Part shown: piece by piece, positions 55,759 through 64,000 of the stretch | Numbering within the stretch: the first letter of the stretch is position 1 | Layout: the number at the start of each line of letters is the position of its first letter | Source: a virus | Length of the DNA stretch: 64,000 bases | IMG/VR virus record: IMGVR_UViG_3300017605_000678 | Span: 1-64,000 of that record | Direction: 5' to 3' (one strand) | Made by a program: the position numbers and the translations under genes | Notes under the pieces: model-generated | Database searches by the model: none | What the model saw: only the letters and a program-made list of their open reading frames with translations | What the model was told of the DNA's origin: nothing

Positions 55759-56494
55759 TGTGTAGTTCCGCTACGATGTCGTTGTAAGCACTGCAAAATC
55801 CCGCGATCGTCTTCGTCTTGTTCTCGCACGCCCAAAAGCCGCGCCCGCGGACATTCCAGGCCCGTTGAACGATTGCCATCAGCTCCTCGGCATTTTTTCC
55901 GGCCGAGCCCAGGAGGCGCTTCAAGCCGGCAGCGTCCGGACCGCTCACAGCGTATTTCGCGCCGAAGCGCGCGCCCCAGGCGTTGAAGAAAAGGTCGATA
56001 AACTTGTTGTGCTCCGGGTTTTTCGGCGCCTCGGATTTCTTCGCCTTGGGCTTGCTTGGCTTTCGGCTCTTTTCCCCAGTGCATTCCGCGCCAGCGGAAA
56101 GGGGTACTGTACTATCTGAAAGGTTAGTGACCTCCCCGTTTGGGCAGCTCTGAGGTTCCGGTTCGGGCTCCTCGACCTTCCCGTTTGGGAAGATCGAGTT
56201 TTGTTGAAGAAACTCATCGGTCAGAGCGTAGCTTTTTGTCCGATCCCAGCGGTTGCTGTTCTGTTCGGAAACGATCACAACGCCGGCCTCGACAAGCCCG
56301 GCCAGGATCCTGCGCACTTGTTTCTCGGTCCAATAGGGATACGTCGCCTGGACTTGCTCCGCGCTCATGCGGACCCACTTCGTGCCTGGGCCGACATGCC
56401 GTCCGCTCATCACGCCCAAGTAAGTCAGCAGGATCGCGCCGTCCACGCCGTAGCGGGCCGCATGCTCGACGGAAAAGGCGTGAGAAAAACTCAC
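55565..56494 (-). CDS. Replication initiator (winged HTH)
   Basis: HAFSVEHAARYGVDGAILL...YPYWTEKQVRRIL...WDRTKSY; upstream of DnaC-like gene; GTG start. Confidence 0.78.
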   Translation of the reverse strand: MSFSHAFSVEHAARYGVDGAILLTYLGVMSGRHVGPGTKWVRMSAEQVQATYPYWTEKQVRRILAGLVEAGVVIVSEQNSNRWDRTKSYALTDEFLQQNSIFPNGKVEEPEPEPQSCPNGEVTNLSDSTVPLSAGAECTGEKSRKPSKPKAKKSEAPKNPEHNKFIDLFFNAWGARFGAKYAVSGPDAAGLKRLLGSAGKNAEELMAIVQRAWNVRGRGFWACENKTKTIAGFCSAYNDIVAELHNEKSNTQNGFGRDARGGGPDRGAGMLYDDARYQAGVAAWKAKREARRAASGASGVAGEVAPTGA

Positions 56495-57283
56495 GCGATG
56501 CCCTCCAGAATTCCGCTCCGACTTGCGCAGACTAAAAGATCCTTCTCTTGCCAGGATCGGCAATGCTTAAGGTGCAGTGAATTACTTAGAACCGAATAAA
56601 TCGCCCTAGATTCGACCGGCTTTTGGCACACAAAAAGGAAGGCGGCTCGAACGTCTGAAGCGGTAAATCCTCGCCCATGCATGGAGATCAAGGCGTCTAG
56701 AAAATGGCGATCTTGAAGGATCTTTTTTGCCCGTGGGTTCATTTGTCAGGGACGGAGATCCGGCCGAGCCGCGGAGCGGTGAAAGTAGGGAATCAGCTCG
56801 CCCTTGCCGCCCGTCACCGGGAAGCGCCGCTCCGCGATCGACCGAAAGTTACTCATTGCCTGATTTTTTTCGTGTCGGCCCCTTTCAGAAGGCCGGCGCC
56901 CGGGGGCGCGTTGGAGACCGTAGCCAAAGACAGCGGCGCACGTCCAGGACTTTTCCAGAAACAATCTCCGCACTGCAAAACGCCGCCCTGGAGCGCGCCC
57001 AGCACGCCCAGGTGAGTGCTCCCGCACAGCGGGCACGCCAGATAGTTGCAAGCCGGGCACACGAGCGCTCCGATCGGCGGCTCAACGACGAAGAGGCAGC
57101 GGCAGCGCGGGCAATTGGCGGGCAGGCCGGCCGCGCGCTTTGCCTTGGCCTCCAGGCGCCGGGCCAACCGGGCGCGCAGCACGTCAAGCCGTTGCTCCAG
57201 GCGCTTGATCGCCGCGTCCAAGTGTTTGTTGGCCGGCAGCTGTCGGGCCGCGTCGATCACGGTTGAGGTTGCGTCCAGGAGTG

Positions 57284-57562
57284 TCATCGCTTCAGGGCTT
57301 TCTGTGCTTCTTTGAACGCCTGCAGGGGAAACGGCACACTTACCAGCGTTCCGCCGCCCACGCTGTCGAGCGGCCCTTCGAAGTGCGAAGCGAACGGTCT
57401 CAAAGCATGCTCCAGCTCCGCGATCCGGCTCGATCGCCACAGCTCGATCTCTTGCTCGAGCAGTTCCTCGATTGCGTTCTCGATCGCCGCGCGGCCCCAG
57501 TTTCCGCTGCCGATCCCGCTCTGGATGTCAGCGGCCAGCTCCGCGATCTTTTTGTTGCTCAC
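57284..57562 (-). CDS. Hypothetical protein, paralog A
   Basis: RIAELEHALRPFASHF...FKEAQKALK. Confidence 0.6.
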   Translation of the reverse strand: MSNKKIAELAADIQSGIGSGNWGRAAIENAIEELLEQEIELWRSSRIAELEHALRPFASHFEGPLDSVGGGTLVSVPFPLQAFKEAQKALKR

Positions 57563-57825
57563 TGGCACCCCTTCAGCGCTTTTTGAGCGTCCTTGAAAAA
57601 CTGCATCGGGAATGGCCGGCTGACCAGCGCTCCGCCTTCCAAATTTTGGAGATTTCCAGCAAAGTGTTTGGCGAACGGAATCAACGCGTCCTCCAGCTGT
57701 GCGATGCGCTTAGCCTGCATGCGCAACAGCTCCACCGCCTCCTCGAAAGCCTCGCAGCGCTCGGTCTCTGTGCGAACAGCGGATCGCATTTCGTCTGCCA
57801 TTGCAGCGATCTGTTCAATAGTCAC
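57559..57825 (-). CDS. Hypothetical protein, paralog B
   Basis: RIAQLEDALIPFAKHF...FKDAQKALK. Confidence 0.6.
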   Translation of the reverse strand: MTIEQIAAMADEMRSAVRTETERCEAFEEAVELLRMQAKRIAQLEDALIPFAKHFAGNLQNLEGGALVSRPFPMQFFKDAQKALKGCQ

Positions 57826-58136
57826 TGGTCGCCCCTCCATTCCGGCGGCCGCTCGCCGCGTTTCCACCACTCGTCGTCCGCCCTGGGCGGCTCCGCCAGA
57901 GGCGGCAGCTCCTCCGTCGGCACGGTCCCGCCCTTCGTCGCCTCCAGGCAGCGCAACTGCCATGCCGCGGCGGCCTCGTTCGCCTCCTGGGCCAAATGCT
58001 TTTGAACTTCCAGGTCGGCGCGCAGCATCCAAACTCGGACCCGCCAATAGCCAGTTGCCACGCCAGAGCCGATCGAGAATCCAAGCCAGAGCAGCGCGAC
58101 CGTCGCGACGCCCCCGTAAATGCCAAGCCAGATCAT
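57822..58136 (-). CDS. Membrane-anchored hypothetical protein
   Basis: N-terminal TM; ATGA overlap. Confidence 0.55.
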   Translation of the reverse strand: MIWLGIYGGVATVALLWLGFSIGSGVATGYWRVRVWMLRADLEVQKHLAQEANEAAAAWQLRCLEATKGGTVPTEELPPLAEPPRADDEWWKRGERPPEWRGDQ

Positions 58137-59827
58137 ACCTTGTTCCCTTTCATTTCCACGACGAACCGGCTCGGCCACAGTTCCGAGCCCATCTTGTCCC
58201 ACGCGCTAAGCTGGCGCCGTTTCACTGTCGAGACGATCAGGCTCCGCCGGGCGCGCGTGACCGCCACGAAGCACAGCCGGCGCTCCTCCTCCGGATCCGT
58301 CTCTTTCAGCGTCGAGGGCAGAAGGCCGTCCTCGGCGCCGGCCAGGATCACGACGTCCCACTCTCGGCCCTTGGCGCGATGAATTGTCCCGCACCAGACG
58401 GACCCGGGAGTCTCCTCCGGGGGCGCGCTGGCCTCCGGCCGCGCCATGGCCAGCGAAAGGTCCTCCATGCTCGCCCCAGGCCCCAGAGCGACGACCAGGG
58501 CCCGCACAGCCCGGGAAGCGTCGGTAGCGCCTCCCATTGCGCGCAGGACGGCCTCAGGAGCGGCCGACGGCGGCAGACCGCTCTCTACCTGCAGGAATGC
58601 CTTGTTGATGCTGGTAAAGGCCTCGCCGGCCTTCAGCGCCAGATCGTTCGCCACAGCCTGTCCGCGAGTCAGCTCGAGGAACCAGCGCGCCGAGGAGTCG
58701 CGCTCCGGGTCGGCCAGGAACGCCACGAGGGCGCGGGCAATTTGCCAGCCGTCCGGAACGTGCCAGCGATCCGTTTCCGTGAGGCGTCCGGCCGCGCGAA
58801 GCGCCTCGCCGAGTTTGTCGGCCACGAAGTTGGTCCGCGCCAGGACGGCCACGGAGAGCGAGCACAAGACCGCGTCGTTTACTGCTGCGATCACTTTCGT
58901 TGCCTCCTGGGCTTCATTGTCGCTCTGTAAGAACGTGACGGCGCCGATCGTTTTCAGGGCCGGCTCGACCGCCTTTGGAATCCGGCGCCGATTGTGAGTG
59001 ATCAGGTTCGAGGCCGCCGTGCACACGTTGATCGGACAGCGATAGCTTTTGGACAGGACAAAGCCAGCGCGGTTCGCGTTGCGCATGGGCCCAGGCCACA
59101 GCGAGAGCAGCGCCGACGGGTTTCCGCCGGCAAAAGCCATGATGCTCTGATCCAGGTCGCCGACGTAAAACTTCGATCGCGCCCGGGCAGTCGCGCACAG
59201 CCGGTGCGTGTCGCTTCCGCAATCTTGGTACTCGTCCACGAGGATCGCGCCGGCCACGGGCCGGCCCAGCTGCGCCAGCGTGTCGACCACGAGGATCGCC
59301 GCCTTAAGGATCATTGCATACGACAGGAACCCGTCCCGCAGCATGGACCGTTGAGCGTCGGCCACGACCGCGCGTTCCATGTCGTAGCCTCCTGGGGACG
59401 TGGGCAGCTCGGCCTCTGCCGCCTGCCGGGAGAGGTCGCGCACGGATCCGCGGTAGCCCATCGTCATGGCCGAACGGCGAAGTATCGTCTCCGCCTGTGC
59501 CTCGTCGATCACGACCCAGTGGCGCGCGTCGCCCATGCCGATCTCGGCGCCGAACCGGCGAACCAGCTTCAGCGCCCATGAATGGATCGTGCCGCAGTGG
59601 CCGAGCATCACGCCTGGGCGGAGCCGGCGAGAGATCTCGCCGGCGGCCGCGTTCGTGTAAGTGACGGCCACGATGTCCTCTGGAAGCATTCCGCCATCGA
59701 TCAGCCAGTGAATCCTCGCCACGAGCACGCGGGTCTTGCCCGAGCCGGGCCCGGCCAGGACCACGGTCGATTCCGCATGCGAGGCCACGGCGGCAGCCTG
59801 CTCTGGGTCTAGTGATTGATTTTCCAT
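58133..59827 (-). CDS. UvrD/Rep-family SF1 helicase
   Basis: AGPGSGKT, VDEYQD, VGDLDQSI, SYRC, TIHRAKGREW, EERRLCFVAVTRAR. Confidence 0.94.
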   Translation of the reverse strand: MENQSLDPEQAAAVASHAESTVVLAGPGSGKTRVLVARIHWLIDGGMLPEDIVAVTYTNAAAGEISRRLRPGVMLGHCGTIHSWALKLVRRFGAEIGMGDARHWVVIDEAQAETILRRSAMTMGYRGSVRDLSRQAAEAELPTSPGGYDMERAVVADAQRSMLRDGFLSYAMILKAAILVVDTLAQLGRPVAGAILVDEYQDCGSDTHRLCATARARSKFYVGDLDQSIMAFAGGNPSALLSLWPGPMRNANRAGFVLSKSYRCPINVCTAASNLITHNRRRIPKAVEPALKTIGAVTFLQSDNEAQEATKVIAAVNDAVLCSLSVAVLARTNFVADKLGEALRAAGRLTETDRWHVPDGWQIARALVAFLADPERDSSARWFLELTRGQAVANDLALKAGEAFTSINKAFLQVESGLPPSAAPEAVLRAMGGATDASRAVRALVVALGPGASMEDLSLAMARPEASAPPEETPGSVWCGTIHRAKGREWDVVILAGAEDGLLPSTLKETDPEEERRLCFVAVTRARRSLIVSTVKRRQLSAWDKMGSELWPSRFVVEMKGNKV

Positions 59828-59916
59828 ATTTCCTTTGACACAAGCCAGACGAGGATCGACGCCGTCGCCAAGGCGAAAGAGAGGAACCAAGTCTGAATTT
59901 TGATCCGGGTTTTCAT
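59809..59916 (-). CDS. 35-aa single-TM peptide (below track cutoff)
   Basis: MKTRIKIQTWFLSFALATASILVWLVSKEIWKINH*, preceded by a (GAAC)n leader. Confidence 0.55.
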   Translation of the reverse strand: MKTRIKIQTWFLSFALATASILVWLVSKEIWKINH

Positions 59917-59943
59917 CGTTCGTTCGTTCGTTTTTGTTCGTTC

Positions 59944-61893
59944 TTAGGCCACGTCGATCATGGCCGTGCTCGGCGTCTTTTTTCGCAATTCGCGGGAGGC
60001 TCCGAGCAGTTGCGACCACCATTTAGACGAGCGGACGTCACAGCCAATAAATTGATCGATGTGGCCCTTGTCGACCAGCTCAATCATGCGTTCCACAACA
60101 CGCACGCGGACTAGCTCGTCCATGATCCCCAGCTCGTCGATCAGCACGAGCCGGAACGGAGCGCCCAGCGTGAGCGCCACTGCAAGCCCCGCGTACGTGA
60201 TCGCTTTCTCCGTGCCCGAAAACGTCTCGTGACTCACCCAGGTCCCGGTCTCGTCTTCGTAGCCGAACTCGCCGTTGCGATACTCCAACGGCCGGTCCAG
60301 GATCCCGTCGGTAAACCGGTTCGCGGCCTCCATGACGGTACCCACGGCCCGGGCAATCGCCTCCTGCTGCGCAGCCTGGATCTCTTCGACGACCGCCCCG
60401 TAAACGGCCGCCAGCTCGCGAGTCTTCTCCAGCAGCTCCGCCGCGCGGTTGCGCGCGTTGACCTGGGCTTGCTCGGCGATCCAGCGCGTATGCGTGGCGT
60501 TCAGCTCCTCGACGCGCTCGCGCGCCTTGGCCATCGTGGCCAGGAGCAAATCGATCGGAGCAGGCTCGCCCAGCTCAGTCAGCCGGGCTTGCAGCTGCGC
60601 CCGGTCCTTCTGGACATCGACACGGGCCAGTAGGTCGGCCAAATCCTCGTGAGCCTGCGCGATCTGCGCGCCCATGTTTCCGACCTTTTGAACGCGTGCG
60701 AACTCGGCTTGCTCGGCCTTGCTCGCAGCCTCCAGTTCCTTGGCCAGCTCCTTCTCGCGTTTCACAAGCCCATGGCGCACGAGCAAGAGAGAATCCAGCT
60801 CCTCCGTCAAATGGCCCTCGATTTTCTTCCGCCAGCCTGGAGCCGAGGCCATGCAATGCGGGCAACACTTTTCGGCCTTCAGCCCTTCAATGTCTTCGCG
60901 GATCTTGGTCGCCTTGTCGAGGTTGTCGCGCGTGTCGGCCCGGGCGCCCTCCAGCGCAGAGGAGGCCTTGCGCGCCGCCGCCACGATCTTTGCGTCGATC
61001 TTGCTGGATCCCAGCTTCGTCTGCTGGGCTTCCAGGTCGGACAGCCGGCGCTTCGCTTCGTCGAGCGCGCCCGCCGGCGGGGGCAAGTTTGGCATCCGCT
61101 CCAGCTGCGCCAGTAATGACTTGCGCGCCTCGATCACGTTCTGGGCCCGGTCGTGTTCGAGGATCACGCTGGAGAGCCCCTCTCTGGCCATGGCCAGCTC
61201 TGCCGCGCAGTTGCGCGCCGGGAAGGCTCCGAACTGTCCGGTCAGAGCGGCCGTCGTGGCCGACCCTTCGCTGGCCCGAGCCGCCGCCAGCGCCTCCTTA
61301 CGCGCCGTGGCGAACGCTTTATGCAGCGCCTCGGCAAACTCCTGGGGCGTTGGCTCTTCGTCGTCCTCCAGATAACTCTTCAAAATGTTCTCGACGTCGG
61401 TCCGGATGTGTTCCGGCCGGCCCACCGCAATGCCACGCACGCGCGCCGCCAGCCCTTGCGGCGTGAGTTTGGTCAGCTCCGGGCTCACGCGCCCGAAAAT
61501 GTAGTTGAGCCGCTGGGCGGCCGTGAGGCTGAAAAACTCTCGGATGTCCAGCGAGAGCGCCGGCAGCATGGTAGGCAGGTCGGTCCCGACCCGAACGGAG
61601 CCGCCTTCGCGCGTCCAGGAACGATCGATGCGTTGCCCGCTCGGCTCTCCGATCATGGACAGGGTCGCGCGCTCCAGCGTCACGCCCAGGACGGAGCCCG
61701 AGCACAGCCGGAACGTGTCGCCAGCTCGCTTGCCCAGGGCCGGGTGGTAGCCCAGCAGGCCCAAGCGGATCGCGTCGAGCACTCCGGTCTTGCCGGAGAA
61801 GGAGGGCCCACAAACGATCGTGACGGGCGCAAGGTCGTAGTCGAAGCAGCGGCCTTTCAAGTTGCGCGCTGCGATTTTGGTGATGTGGTTCAT
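59944..61893 (-). CDS. Rad50/SbcC-like SMC ATPase
   Basis: Walker A GPSFSGKT, coiled coil with CPHC zinc hook, signature FSGTE, Walker B LVLIDE. Confidence 0.88.
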   Translation of the reverse strand: MNHITKIAARNLKGRCFDYDLAPVTIVCGPSFSGKTGVLDAIRLGLLGYHPALGKRAGDTFRLCSGSVLGVTLERATLSMIGEPSGQRIDRSWTREGGSVRVGTDLPTMLPALSLDIREFFSLTAAQRLNYIFGRVSPELTKLTPQGLAARVRGIAVGRPEHIRTDVENILKSYLEDDEEPTPQEFAEALHKAFATARKEALAAARASEGSATTAALTGQFGAFPARNCAAELAMAREGLSSVILEHDRAQNVIEARKSLLAQLERMPNLPPPAGALDEAKRRLSDLEAQQTKLGSSKIDAKIVAAARKASSALEGARADTRDNLDKATKIREDIEGLKAEKCCPHCMASAPGWRKKIEGHLTEELDSLLLVRHGLVKREKELAKELEAASKAEQAEFARVQKVGNMGAQIAQAHEDLADLLARVDVQKDRAQLQARLTELGEPAPIDLLLATMAKARERVEELNATHTRWIAEQAQVNARNRAAELLEKTRELAAVYGAVVEEIQAAQQEAIARAVGTVMEAANRFTDGILDRPLEYRNGEFGYEDETGTWVSHETFSGTEKAITYAGLAVALTLGAPFRLVLIDELGIMDELVRVRVVERMIELVDKGHIDQFIGCDVRSSKWWSQLLGASRELRKKTPSTAMIDVA

Positions 61894-61916
61894 TCGTTCG
61901 TTCAGAGTTGAGGGTT

Positions 61917-62720
61917 TTACTTTTTCGCAGTCTCGGGCGCCGGTGCTGGATCGACGTTCGCGCCGTCGTTGTCGCTCGGCTCGGGCTTTGGATCCGCCGG
62001 TGCCGAAGTGCGCAAGCGTAATTGCAGCACAGAGGTCGGCATGAACCGGTGCATACCGTCCTTTTCAAGCTGGATCAAGATCGTTGTCGCCAGCGCCTGA
62101 AATTGTGCATCCGGCAGCTCGTAACCGAACTGGAGCCGCACAGCGTCTTTGGCCTGGAGCGCAGCCGCAAAGGCCACAAGGAAAGCGTTGCCGACTTTCA
62201 TCGCGTGCTTTTTGGCGCGCAGGATCTCGTCCGGGTTGGGTTCCTCGCCGGCAGCCAGGGCGCCTTGCCGCGCCGCGTCTTGGCCGGGCCGGGCCGGAGG
62301 ATTCTGTTGCTGGCGCTGGGGCTGTTGCTGCTGAGGAGGCGCCGCGTTGCGGGCCGGAGGAGGAGCGGTGTTGCGCGCCGGAGGCTTGGCGGCCGCCGGC
62401 TTGCGCCCACGGGCCGGAGGATTGGCCGTGTTACGCTTGGCCGGCTCGGGCTCCGGTTCCGCCGCGCTCTCGCCACAATAGCCAAGCGTTGCATCCTCCT
62501 TCGTGCCCTCGGCAGACAGCGTGAAAGTTTGCCCCTCTTGGCCGCGGAAAAAGTCGGCGCACCGATCGTTCTCTGCTGAATAAGTCCGCTCTTGCCCGTC
62601 GATCTCCAGGATAATGTACGGCGGACGGTTTGGGTATTTGGATTCCCTTACGTCGGACTTGACCGTCACTTCAACTGGGCCCATGTGACGAAGTTCCGAG
62701 TGATACAGTGTTTTTCCCAT
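61917..62720 (-). CDS. Putative ssDNA-binding/annealing protein
   Basis: Beta-rich N-terminal domain, Pro/Gln linker, helical C-terminus; position in recombination module. Confidence 0.5.
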   Translation of the reverse strand: MGKTLYHSELRHMGPVEVTVKSDVRESKYPNRPPYIILEIDGQERTYSAENDRCADFFRGQEGQTFTLSAEGTKEDATLGYCGESAAEPEPEPAKRNTANPPARGRKPAAAKPPARNTAPPPARNAAPPQQQQPQRQQQNPPARPGQDAARQGALAAGEEPNPDEILRAKKHAMKVGNAFLVAFAAALQAKDAVRLQFGYELPDAQFQALATTILIQLEKDGMHRFMPTSVLQLRLRTSAPADPKPEPSDNDGANVDPAPAPETAKK

Positions 62721-62824
62721 AACGGTTCTCTTTCGTTCGCTCGGGTCCGTCGCCCCGCTTCTACGTTCGTCGGAAGCTGCCGGGCCGACCCGTTTTGTGT
62801 GCCCGCTTCACGGGCCACAGCCAG

Positions 62825-62866
62825 ACCATCGGCAATCGTCCTCCAGAAGTAAAGAGTTTTTTTGCT
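62825..62866 (-). promoter_or_regulatory. Seventh promoter copy (core only, different leader)
   Basis: GCAAAAAAACTC-TTTACT-N17-GATGGT. Confidence 0.82.
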
Positions 62867-62874
62867 TCTAAACT

Positions 62875-62951
62875 CAATTGGGAATAAACCTGGGGAAAAG
62901 TTGGGCCGCGGGCCAATTGGGAATAAACCTGGGGAAAAGGTGCCCGCGGGC
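62875..62951. repeat. Intergenic tandem repeat (26-bp identical core, 39-bp period)
   Basis: CAATTGGGAATAAACCTGGGGAAAAG at 62875 and 62914, each followed by a GC palindrome-like segment. Confidence 0.85.
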
Positions 62952-62952
62952 G

Positions 62953-63321
62953 CTATTTCGGCGGAAGGTCCTCGTGCGGAGCCGTGTGCAATTTTTCGAA
63001 CGCTTCGGCGGCGTCCTCGCGCACGCGCGGATTGTAGTCTTTCCAGTTGCCTTTATGGCCGAGCCGAAAATGGTCGTTGCCCTCGGCCTTCTGCTCGCAA
63101 AGGGAAATCAGATTCGCGTCGACCAGCTCCAGCTCGGGCCACAAATGAAAGGGCCGAACGTGGTGCACTTGGACGTGATCGGCCTGTCCGCAGGCCGCGC
63201 AGTTTGGATTTTTCTGGAGATGTTCGCGCCGCTTCGCGGGCCAATGCGGCGAGCGCAGCGGATGAAAGATCGTCTTGTTTCTCCAGGCGTCCTTAGTCCA
63301 TTCCGCGAGTCGCGCGATCAT
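62953..63321 (-). CDS. HNH endonuclease
   Basis: CAACG...VHHVRPF...NLISLCE...H. Confidence 0.85.
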   Translation of the reverse strand: MIARLAEWTKDAWRNKTIFHPLRSPHWPAKRREHLQKNPNCAACGQADHVQVHHVRPFHLWPELELVDANLISLCEQKAEGNDHFRLGHKGNWKDYNPRVREDAAEAFEKLHTAPHEDLPPK

Positions 63322-63575
63322 TCCGGTCCCTTCAGCGCTTCGTGTCGGGCGATCTCTTTCTGCTCTTGCAGCCAATGGCTCACTTGCCCGAACTGGGCGA
63401 ACCAATTGCCAATGCCCTGCGAGATGTGCCAAGTGCCGCGGCCGCCGTCCGTGCGTTTTTTCGTCACGAAGATCAGAACAGAATCGACGTGCTCGCCGAT
63501 CTCTTGGACCGCGCGCTCGACCGCGCGTTTGGCTTCTTCGCAGTCCTCCGGAAGTTCAGGCGTGACCTCGCTCAT
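63318..63575 (-). CDS. Hypothetical protein
   Basis: IGEHVDSVLIFVT...GNWFAQFG. Confidence 0.6.
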   Translation of the reverse strand: MSEVTPELPEDCEEAKRAVERAVQEIGEHVDSVLIFVTKKRTDGGRGTWHISQGIGNWFAQFGQVSHWLQEQKEIARHEALKGPE

Positions 63576-63823
63576 TAGTTTTTCGAGATCGAGGCCTCCA
63601 CGCGCACGAGGATACCGCCCTGCATTGGCAGACGAGCCGCAACCGTGATCTCAGGAAAGCGTTCCGTGAGTTTGGCGCAGTAGCGATCGGCCTTGGCGTC
63701 GTCGTCGACCAGGAATCCGACGGACTTTCCAAGCTGCAGCACGGTCCGGGCAATGGTCGCGATCCGATCATCTTCGGCAAGGGCTTTCAAATCGCAGTAG
63801 GGAATCACTTTTGGCGTGTTCAT
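63575..63823 (-). CDS. Hypothetical protein
   Basis: ORF in operon frame. Confidence 0.5.
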   Translation of the reverse strand: MNTPKVIPYCDLKALAEDDRIATIARTVLQLGKSVGFLVDDDAKADRYCAKLTERFPEITVAARLPMQGGILVRVEASISKN

Positions 63824-64000
63824 ATATTCATGGTGATCGTTGGCCAGTCTGCTCCGACTTCGCCCGCTTGGGCTTCACTGCCGATCCGGTAGGCAATGCC
63901 AGCCCGCTGCAGGGCCGGGGGCGTGCCGTTGCGCATGAGCGCGCGCGGGAAGGAGAGCCGGAGCAGCTGGCCGGCGGCCGGAGTGACGTCGAACTGTTGG

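Noticed and set aside
59917-59943. GAAC repeats as LexA/SOS boxes
   Set aside because: They are direct tandem units abutting start codons, not the spaced or palindromic arrangement of known LexA boxes.
58133-61893. Gabija defence system (ATPase plus UvrD)
   Set aside because: The ATPase has a long coiled coil with a zinc hook and no TOPRIM domain, and it sits in the phage replication module.
57-63648. Many long + strand ORFs (e.g. 57..1034, 23657..25105, 50569..51810, 57593..58930)
   Set aside because: They are Arg/Pro/Ala-rich antisense shadows of recognisable minus-strand genes in GC-rich DNA, with no motifs.
1-64000. Integrase/att site, endolysin, DNA polymerase
   Set aside because: None is recognisable in this window, so lifestyle and the full lysis cassette cannot be determined.

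Overview
This window is an internal 64-kb slice of a GC-rich tailed dsDNA phage or prophage with a long non-contractile (siphovirus-type) tail. Essentially all credible genes lie on the minus strand; the long + strand ORFs are antisense shadows. Reading right to left: (i) ~64-48.7 kb replication/recombination (HNH, putative ssDNA-binding protein, Rad50/SbcC-like ATPase, UvrD, initiator plus DnaC-like loader, SSB, RecU) mixed with host-like regulators (CsrA, KH-domain protein, stand-alone NrdJ C-terminal domain); (ii) ~48.3-35.5 kb small early-type genes, SF2 helicase, MazG-like protein, ASCH, DUF5131 and two DNA methyltransferases; (iii) terminase, then a ~6.6-kb island (RadC/JAB, two PAPS-reductase-family proteins, ParB-like protein) closed by a terminator before the portal; (iv) head genes, a block of signal-peptide-bearing fibre/lectin-like proteins, holin, head-tail joining genes, tail tube, frameshifted tail chaperone, tape measure and a tail protein running off the left edge. 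No integrase, endolysin, DNA polymerase or CRISPR array is visible. RadC and SSB look Verrucomicrobia-like (from recollection, not a search). Most notable: a receiver domain fused to a holin-like 2-TM tail; seven copies of a conserved promoter (six with a shared hairpin-leader, ~100 bp); a 122-nt tRNA-like RNA with an expanded D arm and G3-U70 acceptor pair; a parS-like palindrome inside the parB gene echoed in an intergenic tandem repeat; and exported-looking virion-type proteins. All family assignments are from motif recognition by eye, without database searches.
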